Assembly (NCBI RefSeq): GCF_008831285.2
Contig: NC_045138.2
Location: 33,356,001 to 33,420,000, forward strand
Reading direction: 5' to 3'
From: Nymphaea colorata
Lineage: Eukaryota
Length of the DNA stretch: 64,000 bases
The notes beneath the pieces are model-generated. The model did not search any database. It was given only the letters and a program-made list of their open reading frames with translations, and was not told the DNA's origin. This document shows, piece after piece, positions 27,695 through 45,044 of the stretch (position 1 is its first letter; each line of letters opens with the position of its first letter). Made by a program: the position numbers and the translations under genes.

Positions 27695-29871
27695 GTGGAG
27701 AGAGATAGAGAGAGAGAGAGCAAATGCATAAAAAAAAAATCGCAAGTGGATGAATTTATAGGATAATCCAAGAAAAGCAGGTCGATGCACTCACAAGAAT
27801 CAGAAAATTAGCCACATGCACATGCCATTTCGGGAGACTACGACCTTGTTGATCAAACCATATTTAGCAGAGAAATCAGCAGCTGAAGAAGTTAAATTTA
27901 CACAATGTGGCAAGCATATGAAGGTGACCAACTTGCCCATGTTGGAATTCGAGGAAGTGGCTGCCGCAACCAACGGCTTCGCAATTGAAAACAAGCTTGG
28001 TAAAGGCGGCTTTGGCATCGTTTATAAGGTAACATTCCTCATTCATTTTCTTTTTATGGACGTTATATCGTTCTAATTAAAACTAAATTAAGGTAGACTG
28101 TGTGGCACTCGCCTCGTATATAATCCCGTCTCCCACATTGAGAACAAGGCCCTAAAGCAGCAATCTTGTGATCAGAAAAGGCTCTAAAGCAGAAAAGACC
28201 CTAAACCAAACATAGAATTGACCATCTCTTGTGATCAGTATTTTTTACTTTTCTTTTGTTCTTATGCTTTCGGTACTGTAAAAAGTTTTTACAAATGCCT
28301 TTTGACTGATATAAAAGAAAGCTTGTTAATGTAGGGAATGCTACCAGATGGGCAGGAGGTAGCAGTGAAGAGGCTTTCGAAGAGATCATGCCAAGGTCTA
28401 GAGGAGTTCACTAATGAAGTTCACTTGATTGCCGACGTTCAACACAGTAATCTTGTCAGAATTGTCGCCTGCTGCGTTGAAGAGGAAGAGAAGATATTGA
28501 TCTACGAGTACATGCCCAACGGAAGCTTGGACACACATCTCTTTGGTCTGTACCCAGTCTCTTTTTTTTTTCTTTTTACAGTAGCTCAAGCATTTGTTTG
28601 TCTCTTCGTTTATGCTAATTAAAGGCATGTATATGCAGTTGGGGAATTTTCTATATCGTTGTATGGAGCTTATTTATATTGATTTACGTTGTTCAGATCC
28701 AGTCAAACGTGCACAGTTGGACTGGCAAACGCGGTTGAGGATCCTCTCGGGGATCGCTCGGGGGCTTCTTTACCTTCACTGTGGTTCTGGATCGAGAATA
28801 ATCCACCGGGATCTGAAGGCTAGCAACGTTCTGCTGGATGCTGAGATGAACCCCAAGATTTCAGATTTCGGGATGGCAAAGATTGTGGGCAACCAGTTGG
28901 AGGCTGATACAAGGAGAATAGCGGGGACTTTGTAAGTACCACCTCTCTCTCTCTCTCGACTTTTTGTCAGCGATCATGTGGAACTTTGGATTTGGGATCT
29001 TATGTTCTTCTTGTTCATGCTTCTATAGTTGCTGATCAAAAGATATATCCATCTTCTTTCATGTTTGCATGTGGAAAAGTGGGTACATGCCTCCAGAATA
29101 CGCGAAGAAGGGCGTGTTCTCGGAAAAGACGGACGTGTTCAGTTTCGGAGTGCTAGTGCTTGAGGTTGTGACGGGCAAAAAGAATTCCACTTTCACTGAA
29201 AGCCAGAACTCCTTGGATCTATTGGGACATGTGAGTATGACTATCCTGCGCTTCTTGGGCTCAATTGTGTATATGTTCCTCTTTGTCAATCAACCCATCA
29301 GATGAGCCTCCATCTTCATCTGAATACGTGGAACTAAGCAATAGACCTTTTAGTAGCTACCCACCCTGGTTCAGTCAATTAGCAAGAAGGAATCTTACTA
29401 ATGATAACATCCGGTCTAAACAAGATCGCAGAAATGGCTCCCAGTATTTTTCATGTTTCACTAGTCTTGCACACGTAGACAGATAAAATTTTTTCGCTTT
29501 ATAGGGTGTTCTGTAAGTGGCAATTGAATACTTTACTTCACGCAATGGAGCAGGCATGGGAGATGTGGAGCGCAAGGAGGGGAATGGAGCTGGTTGATCC
29601 ATTATTAGGAACACAATGCAACAAGGCTGAAGTTGAGAGGTGCATGCAGATTGGGCTCCTCTGTGTGCAAGAAGGATCATGTCAACGGCCTAGTATCAAC
29701 GATATCATCGGCATGCTGCAGAACGCCGATGGCTCGCCAGTGCTCCGGCAGCCAAAACGGCCGGCGTCCTACCTCGGTGATGCGCTGCCAACACCCACCT
29801 CGTCGTCCAGGCCGATCGATCAGACCTGCTCGGTGAACGACATCACATTGACGACTGTCGAAGCTAGATGA
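25095..29871 (+). CDS. S-domain (SD1-type) receptor-like Ser/Thr kinase with a B-lectin-only ectodomain, ~583 aa (SD gene A)
   Basis: Exons 25095-25659, 26450-26563 ([25 protein letters not shown]), 27871(or 27868)-28028, 28335-28545, 28697-28931, 29080-29230 and 29554-29871. All introns are GT-AG and the frame is continuous (1752 nt). Signal peptide, [17 protein letters not shown] and kinase motifs [34 protein letters not shown] and a C-terminal [13 protein letters not shown] are present. Confidence 0.9.
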
Positions 29872-31482
29872 TCATTTCCATCAGTTTTCACCCAATCTCC
29901 TGCCTGATTGATCTCCCGCTGTTGGGTTGGTATAGATAAATGTACTTTAATTAGATGAAATCAGAAAACGTGGATAGAGGTAGTGCATGCCCAAGATTTG
30001 AGTTTTTGTCGTCATATACGTTCCGGAAAGTAGATTTGTCTGAAGATATGAATGCATGGTTAGTTTCATAATTTTTTTGTTTTTCTCTTTAAAATTTGGT
30101 TCGGCACATGGTTTATGGGTTTATTATCTGATTTTATTAGTCAGTTTCAGACTTGGGTTTTCTTTGAGAAAATTAAGATTGGACTCGTAACCCATTCATC
30201 ATGTAGAAGGCTTCCGTTGCGATTTGTTCTTCAATTATTTTTCGTAGGTAGTTAATTCTAGTTTCAAATCCTTATAGCATCAACCTTTTATACTGTAAAA
30301 AGAGATGTATGCATTGCTTAACTGAATCAATTCTTCCCTCGCCTCTGTTTTAACAATTAGATCAATTAACTCGACGCAGTGCTCTGCCATGACCCTTGAA
30401 GATTCCTTTCGTCACATAGTTCTGGTGAATAGCTAGCCCGTAAGGCAAAAGAGAATGATGAAACTGCTCTAGAATATGCGAGCTTGCTTTTGCATCACAC
30501 ATCCACGTACGGGCACTTAGCCCACTGTTTTCCAGTACTTAAATCGAAAACTTTTTATAGAGACAAAAATAGAAATTTAAAAAGTAAAAAATTATAAAGG
30601 ACATTTATTTTAAAAAAATTACCAAAATATTTTCCAACTAAGATAAGGGGGCATACATAATTTGCATGCGCAATCCGTTCTGAATAGAAAGCTTGATTAT
30701 ATGCGTCATAATATACATGAAATTTAGTCGCAACTTCCAAAGTCTCCTTCCTTCGAATAACGACTTTTTTTTCCTTTCTTTATTACTTGGAAAACCAAGT
30801 TACCTTCCGGGGACTTGATGTTAAGGATATTGCCGATAGTAGATATATAATATAATGTGATATTCGATTAGTTAGGAGTTTTGAACTTCAGTACTCCTCA
30901 TTATAATAATAACATTAATTTTTTATTTATGATTAGATTTACATTTAACTATGCTTAGCTTTGGAAATATAGTTTTCATCAGATTTTGGTTGTCATGCAC
31001 ATCCGACTATAAAAAGGTTAGATATCGTTGCATAAGTTTTGTACTCAAATTTGAGTCTGACTTCAAGATAAATGATGCATTAATACCCAAATAGCCTGTA
31101 TCTGATCTCAATTCAATCGTCCTTAACCCAGCTGACATTTTACGCCTGGAAACAAATCCATACTTCAGTCTAAAATATTGGCGTATGTTGCAATATGATG
31201 ATAGCACAAAGCTAAGTTGAGAACTTAAATTAAATGATCTGCTCATGTTTACAACGAATTTCCTGTGGGCGCTGATAAATTAAATTAAGTCCATTTAATA
31301 AGACGCATGGTATTCAATAGGAAATTTGGTGGAAAATAATCAAGTAAGAAATAAAGATAGTCAATTCTAAGAAGCGAGCTTCATTTAATACTTTAATATT
31401 TAACACCTGAGATATCAAATCTAAATCCCTCTTTGTAACAACCTTTTTGTTCTCTTGTTTTTCCCAAGAGGCATAACAGCCA

Positions 31483-33285
31483 ATGAGCCAAGGGAGACCG
31501 TCCCCGGCGTTCTGCACAGGCTGCTTTCTTTTTTGTGCTCAAGCTTCTGCCATGGAGGGAACGCACTTTCCCCAGGCCAAGCTCCTAAGGATAATGACAT
31601 CATTACCTCCTCAGGCGGAAACTTTGCCCTGGTCTTCTTTCCTTCACGTAACTCCGGTACCTCACAGAAACGGTACGTTGAAATATAATATGGAACGCCG
31701 TCATCACCCACCAGACCGTTGAATGGGTGGCTAACAGGGAGAACCCGGTTCCTGCAGAGGACGTCTCCGGTGGCTCTTTGGAGCTCTCCAGCACGGGAGA
31801 CCTTGACTTTCTGGAGAGGAAAGGAACGATTCTTTGGTCCACGGACTGTTGTTCGATCAACGATTCTTTTGCCGTTCTTGAGGACGAAGGGAACTTGGTT
31901 CTGAGAAGCAATTCAAGTGGCGTCGCCGTGGACAAATGGAAAGGTTTCGACAACCCTTCAGATACGTGGCTGCCGGAGATGGAGCTCACCTTCGACCAGC
32001 AAAAAAAAAAAAGGGTGACTCCTCTTCAGATCATGGAAAAGCGAGACTGATCCATCGGCTGGGATTTTCATGTTTGGGGGAGACTAAGAATATCCCCTCC
32101 AAGGCATCCTCAGGAATGGGTCGTTGATCCCGGTCTGGCGTACTGGAATATGGAAGAATCGGTCTTTCTCCAGCATACTGGAAATGTCCCAGATCAATAG
32201 AGCAACCTCTGGGTTCTTCCTTAATCCAATTGAGAACGAGATAACCGAGTCCTTCAGAAGCCCCTCCTTTCTCAACTCTGGGTACCACAGGTTCGTTGTC
32301 AAACCACAGTGGCAGTTCACTCTGTCCTTCTGGAGCAAAAGCAGCGGAGGGTGGCAAGGCGCCGGCTAACGCATGCGCTCACTATGGCAGATGCGGTGCG
32401 TTTGGTCTGTGCAGCGAGGGGAACGTGAAGAACGAGCCCACCTGCGGCTGCTTCCGTGGGTTCGAGCCCACCGGGTCAGGTGGGTGCGCGAATCCAGCTG
32501 AAGTGTGCCACCAACGCACCGGTTCAAGTGGAGATGGGTATTGTAAAGGTGGGCAACGTGAAGCCTCCGGATGGGTTGTGCCTTTGGTCCACTAGTGACA
32601 TGGAATCTTGCGAGATGTTTGTTCGAAGAACTGCACATGCATTGGGGATGCCTATCTTAAGAATTATGGATGCATTTTGTGGTTCAGACTAGCTAGATTC
32701 ATAAACCTCTACCAGATTATGCGAAGCCTAAAAGCCCTGGGTGTTGTGTTTCTGATGTACTCTAACTTGAATAGAATGTCTTACGGGCGATGGTAGGCAA
32801 ACCTTGTGTTGACTTGTAAATTTCGAGCGCAAATCCAACATTACTATGAACTTTTCATTGACTTGATTTCTGTTTTCCGTTAAAGAACGTAAAGGGGGAA
32901 GATCGGCAATCATATAGTTACCCTGCTGTTTTGCTGCTATTCTGCTTCCTGTATGCGCCTTTCTTTTGTGGAGACATGAAACCAAGGCAAGCGGCATGTA
33001 TGCTCTCATTAATTTTTTCATTGTTTAACGAAAGCATTGAATCAGATGAGAGATAGGCAGAGTTGTAAGGGTTGTCCCACGTATGGTTTTGTGTGCGCGC
33101 GTGTCCTATCTTTTCCCAATTTTGAAGAAAGCAGGGATTTCGCTGTGCTCTGAAAAAATGTTCTCTAGACTAAAGTGCAAAGGTTAAACTAAGTTATCAT
33201 TTTCTTCTTGATGCAATTAGAGGCCACGAACAATTTGTCTTATGCAAACAGGATTGGAGAAAGTGGAAACGTCCCTGCCTACATG
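31483..33285 (+). pseudogene. S-domain kinase pseudogene; truncated tandem duplicate of SD gene B (exons 1-3 only)
   Basis: Begins ATGAGCCAA like gene [23 protein letters not shown] is present. YLGIW has become YVEI* (TAA 31686-31688). Several frameshifts, including an A12 run at 32001-32012. NACAHYGRCG EGF remnant, TM-exon remnant at ~32880-32995, and exon-3 remnant ATNNLSYANRIGESGNVPAYM|gt ending at 33285. No later kinase exons seen. Confidence 0.88.
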
Positions 33286-34578
33286 GTAATGATCGAACAA
33301 ATGAGTTTGTCAAATTTACTTCATTAAGATCTGTTTGCAGTGGGTCTTTAGTCAGAATGTTTAAAAGATCAGTTTCTAAAAACTATAAGCATTAATCTGA
33401 CGGCCAGATGCATCAAGAAAAAGGCAGAGGAAATTGAATCGGCCTTTGAGGTTTAAATAATTGATTCAGTTACAGTTCAGCAGATTTTTCGAAGTGTTTT
33501 AAATAAGAGTGACCTAATGGGAAGTTGATTTTGTCTACGGTGGCCCAATTTATTACACTTTTAAGTTGAACAGTTTCGTTGGCACCGAGCGAAGACTACA
33601 CAGTTAGCCGGAAGAGGAAAAATGATGGGAATGACGGCGGAGAGAGGCCGCGGAGCCCGTGGCGATGAAGAGGAAGAGGCGCGAACTAGTGATTAGCGAC
33701 GACACAAATGCCACCGTCCAGGAGAGCGCGTAACTGACTCCATCCAGCTGGGGAAATTGCTGCATGTACCTCTCTTAACTGTTCCAGCCTCCATAATCTC
33801 TACCGTCCAAGTTTCCACGTCTGTTCAGGAGCTTACCAACTGACTGTGTAGGATGAGTTTTCAGAATTTCAGCCTTCCGACCTGCTGTTTCAGACCTTGT
33901 CATCGGTGTGGAATCATTCTTCTACCTTTGATCATGCAGTTTATACGTCTACTGCAGCCCTTTATTATAGATGATAAACTTTCCGCGCCCTTCCCTGCAT
34001 CTGTGATCTTCAAGCCAACCATTCAACGATTCCATCTCCGCCGAATCGGAGCCTTCAACAGCCTTCCGAGCACTCCACTTCAGCTCTTCCTGTCCCAACT
34101 CATACCATACTGCCATGCCAGTGACATCGCGACGCCTAAGAGAAAGTGAGCTTATGGTCATCCCTGTTTCCTTGTTGGCAGCGATCGACCTTCACCGACT
34201 AAGAATTTGAAGAACGGGACCAAGAGATTCATGTGCAATACCCTCAGACGGAACCTTTAGTTTATCTAAAGTATTAATGCTTCTGATAATAATTATTAAT
34301 AACAAAGAAGATAGAGATGTTAAAGCATTAGTTCATGACGCCGTAGAATTCCATTCAAGTCCGATGAATCAGATGGGATATGCCCATGACATTCTGTAAA
34401 GATAAAATAAAAGATAAATAACAAATAATGACAGTCCATGACGGGCATGCTCACTTAATCATCTTCTATTCATGCCATATCTTTTCGTTGACTTTGACAA
34501 ATTTGATGCCTCAGATCTAATTGATTCCAGCTATATATTTATTGGTGCTCCGTTTTGGCGCAAGAACCACATGAATCA

Positions 34579-37500
34579 ATGAGCCAAAGGAGGGAACGGT
34601 TGATGCTTTGTGTTTGCGCTGCCCTTCTTTGCCCCTTTCTGTCAAGGTTGTGCCATGGAGGGAACACATTATCCCCCGGCCAAGCCCTCAAGGGTAACGA
34701 TGCCATCACCTCATCAGGAGGGAACTTCACCTTGGGCTTCTTCTCCCTACCTACCAACAACAGCAAAACCACCAGTCCTTCACAAAAGCGATACCTCGGA
34801 ATATGGTACGCAATAATCCCCGAACAGACCGTCGTGTGGGTCGCCAACAGGAACAACCCGGTTCCCGCCAACGACTCCTCCGGCGGATCCTTCGAGTTTG
34901 CCGGCGACGGAGACCTCGTCGTCCTGGACGGAAAGGGGAGGGTCCTCTGGTCCACAAACTGTTCATCGACCAACGACTCCATTGCCACCCTTGAGGATAA
35001 CGGCAATTTGGTTCTCCGCACCAATTCCAGTGGAGCAATCAAATGGCAAAGCTTCAGCAATCCTTCAGATACTCTGCTGTCTGGCATGGACATCACTTTC
35101 GATTTCGAAAAAATGACTGGCCAACTCTGGAGATCGTGGAAAAGCCGCACAGATCCATCATCCGGCTCCTTTGCTTTTGGTATGGACCCAAAAAACGTGC
35201 TCCAGTGTGTCCTATGGAATGGGTCGGTCCCGGTCTGGCGTACCGCGCAGTGGACCGGACAGTCCTTCTCAGGCATACCAGAAATGTCTAACAGTTATGG
35301 CTGGGCCGAGGGGTTCAGATTCGTCCCTACCCGAAACGGGACTAGGGTTGAGTTCAGAGAACCTTCCTCGGCCAGTGTTGGGTACACGAGGTATGTGGTG
35401 AAACCGCAAGGTCAGCTAGCGTTGTACTCGTGGGAGAACGAAACCGGTCGGTGGGTACAGGACTGGGCCGCGCCAGTGAACGCATGCGCTACCTATGGCA
35501 GGTGTGGCCCATCCAGCGTGTGCAGCGAGGGTAGCCTGACTCAGTTTGCCTGCAATTGCTTGCCTGGGTTCAAGCCCAGCGGGTCCGGTGGGTGCGTCCG
35601 GTCGGTCCAGCTTGGGTGCGGTAGAGACGACGGTTCGAGTAATAAGGATGATTTTAAAAAAGTGGCGTCGGTGAAGCCTCCCGATGGGGTACTTCGGTTG
35701 GTCCAAGTTGCTGACGGCCTGGACGAGTGCCGGACGATTTGTTCGAAGAATTGCTCGTGTACGGGACATGCTTTAGTTGGCGAAACTCTGTGTATGATGT
35801 GGTTCGAAGAGGACTTGGTGGACATGCAGCAGTTAGCGAGTGGAAGGGGCGTGGACTTCTATGTTCGTGTGGCACCCGATGTACCGAGCCCATCAAGTAA
35901 GAGGCTAATTGGTTGGTTCTTTGCCTTCAAGGGAAGACAAAGGCCCGCCGCCCTTACTTACATAGCAACCATTCTTTTAGTTTTTTCCCGCTAATAACAA
36001 CTCTTCTCTGATCATGTTTTGGAAGATTAATGCTCTATGTTGGAAGGGCAGATGCGATTCTGCATGTAAGACTATAACATAATATGCAGCGTGTAACTTG
36101 ATGCAAGTTTCTGTTGGGGCGTCTTCTTCACATAATTTAAAGATAATTTATATCAATGCGTTACGTTTTATAGATTTGATAGAGTTGGCTGGCTTCCCTG
36201 CAGACCATCATGTGCTTTTGTTCAGCATCACTCACTAAAAACAGCCGTGACTTTAATCTCTGGTCTTTCTGCTTCTTTTATTTCCGGTCATACATTTTAA
36301 AGAAAATGAAGAATAAAATCTTGAAGGAATCCGTCTTTTATCCTGCCTAAGGCCTCACCCTTCTTCCTTTGCTGTTTACAGCTAAAGAACGCAGGAATAT
36401 ATTGGTCATCGTATTATCATCAGTAGGCTGTTTGGGTGCGATTTTGTGTTTGGTATGCATCTACCTTTTATGGAGACGTCAGACCAACGCAAGAGGTAAA
36501 TTTTCATTTTCAAAGGAATAATGCATTTAAATCCAGGATCAAACTAAAACTAAAATTAATGGTTATATATATAAATAAAATCTAATACATTCTCTTAGTA
36601 TATGAGATAACTATTGCCGTTCGGACTAGGACTGAATGGAGAACTCTTGGAGGACCAGCCGTTTCATGCAAGTACCATCCAAGAAGTAAGAGACTCTGAG
36701 TTGCCGTTATTCGATTTGAAGACGATAATGGCCGCAACAGACGATTTTGCCACCACAAACAAGCTTGGAGAAGGTGGCTTTGGGCCAGTTTACAAAGTAA
36801 CTAGAAAGTCACCTCTGTTTCTCTCATTAACATTGACATAAGGAGAACAACTTTACTGCTGTTTTATTTAATTTCCATATGCAGATGTGATGTAAATGGT
36901 AGGCCCATGAAGTTTTGTGGTTGCATGATTCAGGGGGTACTGGCAGGTGGACAGGAAATAGCAGTGAAGAGACTGTCAAAGAGTTCAAGGCAAGGTTTTG
37001 AGGAGTTCATGAATGAGGTGGAGGTGATTGCTAAGCTTCAGCACAAAAATTTGGTCAGACTTTTGGGGTGTTGTGTACAAGGGGAAGAGAAAATACTGGT
37101 ATATGAGTATATGCCCAACAAAAGCTTGGACTTTCTATTGTTTGGTTTGTCTCCCTCTCTCTCTCTGTTTCCTTTTCTCTCTTTTTGCTATTTTCATCCA
37201 TAGGCAACGTAACTGGTAGGCAGTGAAAGCTTCGTTGAAAGATTTGTGGGTACTTATTTCAAGGGCTTATGATATCTCCTGCTACAAGCTAAACAATGGG
37301 CCACACTAATTTTTCTGATCGTGCAGGCCTCAGTTTTGCCGACAAGCAAGGGTTTACTTTCACCTTGCACTACAGCTCTATAGTACTATAAACCCAAGAG
37401 AAATGATATCCTTTTGTTAGGAGGAAAGGGCATTCTTTAATATAAAATGGACGCTGTCTGGCGATTCGGCTGTGCTTTAGATGTAGATTGGCCAACCTCC

Positions 37501-38703
37501 AAAAAATTGACACTTCTATAAGCGTTGATCTTTTTGGTTAGTTGAGAGATGCACCAATGTTTAAACATGTATAAAGGACATGCTGACGAAATAACTTATC
37601 TTGTTGACATTAGTTTGAGTATTCTTTATCAACACTTGAAATCAAATAGTCAAGCACGCATTTATAAATTAATAAAACGCAGACACATTTTAAAGATTTT
37701 TCAGGCATTTAATTTAATTGTTGTGGCTTATAGGCTTCATACGTTTATTTGTTCTTTTGAATCCTCTAATAATTTAAGACCCGACGGTTAGCGCACCATT
37801 GGATTGGGAGCGTCGATTCCAGATCGTGATGGGGACAGCGAGAGGTCTGCAGTATCTTCATCAGGAATCAAGGTTAAGGGTCGTCCACAGGGACCTCAAA
37901 GCCGGCAATATACTGCTTGATGAAAGGATGAATCCTCGCATTTCAGACTTTGGCCTCGCCAGGATCTTTGGGGCTGATCAGACTCAAGTCAACACCCACA
38001 GAGTAGTTGGGACTTAGTAATCGACCTTCTCTCCCTCTCACCCTCTTTCTCTCCCCTGGTATATGATTAATGATTTCCTTCCAATTCTAACACTACATTT
38101 CGTGTGGCTTAATGAGATGCAGCGGGTACATGTCTCCAGAGTATGCCTTGGAAGGTCGGTTCTCAGCAAAATCAGATGTCTTCAGTTTCGGCGTCATCGT
38201 GTTGGAGATCTTGAGCGGTCAAAAGATGACGAGTTTCAGGCACAAGGAACTCTCCCTCAACCTTTTAGGACATGTAACGATCATGAGACCTGTTCTTTAT
38301 TATAACTAGTTCTCTTCTAGCTACTAGATTTTCTCCTCCTTTTGGTTCTTATTTTTATCTTCCATATTGATGGTGGACTTTATAGGCATGGAAATTATGG
38401 AGGGAAGATCGAATAATAGACTTCCTTGATCCCACTTTGGGTGGTATCTGCAATTCGGACCAATTCCTGAGGTGCATAAACGTGGGCCTTCTCTGTGTTC
38501 AAGAAGGCACAGCAGATCGACCATCGATGTCCTCCGTGGTTCTAATGTTGAGTAGTGAGCTTACCAACTTGCCTCAACCAAAGCCACCTGCTTACTCTTT
38601 AAGAACGGCTCCTGGGGATTCTGATCTGCCCAGCTTTCCCGACCATGAAGATTCAATCTGTTTAGTGAATGATGTCACGGTTTCTAGTATGGAACCTCGT
38701 TAG
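34579..38703 (+). CDS. G-type lectin S-receptor-like Ser/Thr kinase (SD1-type; B-lectin, S-locus, EGF, PAN, TM, RD kinase), ~838 aa (SD gene B)
   Basis: Exons 34579-35896, 36382-36495, 36630-36796, 36934-37144 (211 nt), 37779-38016 (238 nt), 38123-38273 (151 nt) and 38386-38703; 2517 nt in frame. Motifs [55 protein letters not shown] and GYMSPEY. Confidence 0.95.
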
Positions 38704-39259
38704 AGTTGGAAGAATTATGACATGGGAGAAGCCATCTCAAATTAGAACCAAATTTAATTTACTTCAACGGTCAGTATCTCTAACGCAACTGCAAAAAAAT
38801 TGTGGGCTTATCATGTTAAGTAAAGCCGATGTTCTGAATTTTTCTCAAACTCAAAGTGAAGTTTATGTCATGATGTATTCTGAAATGCACTACTACCAGG
38901 TTACTAGTCAGAGACCTGCCTTGGGCGGGCAATGGCTTAGCCATAAACAGTACTCGATCATCTTATTTTTGTGAAACAGGTAAACAATGCATATTCATAT
39001 TATATTTTCAAATTTCAACACTAACACAGAGAATGAAACGAACGTTCACCCTGTGAAGTTGAAGTTCACATTCCTGGTGGATCTCCCCATCACATAAGAT
39101 GCACCCGGAAAGAGCAACCCCACTTTGACATAAGAAAAGTGAAGACATAAAATACAGTGGCATAAGAAAAGTGAAGACATAAAATTCAGTCTTTCTCATG
39201 ACCTTAGTAGCACCAAGAAGCGTTGGAGTACACTAAACATGGCCGAAGGTCCAACACAT

Positions 39260-45044
<5,785 letters not shown>

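Noticed and set aside
33590..34250. Possible degenerate LINE RNase H-like sequence on the minus strand (..DSAEMESLNGWLE..GRGKFIIY)
   Set aside because: Only a vague resemblance; catalytic residues not identifiable, so not called as a feature.
34539..35276. 245-aa minus-strand ORF, and other ORFs overlapping SD exons
   Set aside because: Antisense or alternative frames of GC-rich S-domain exon 1, with no recognisable motifs.
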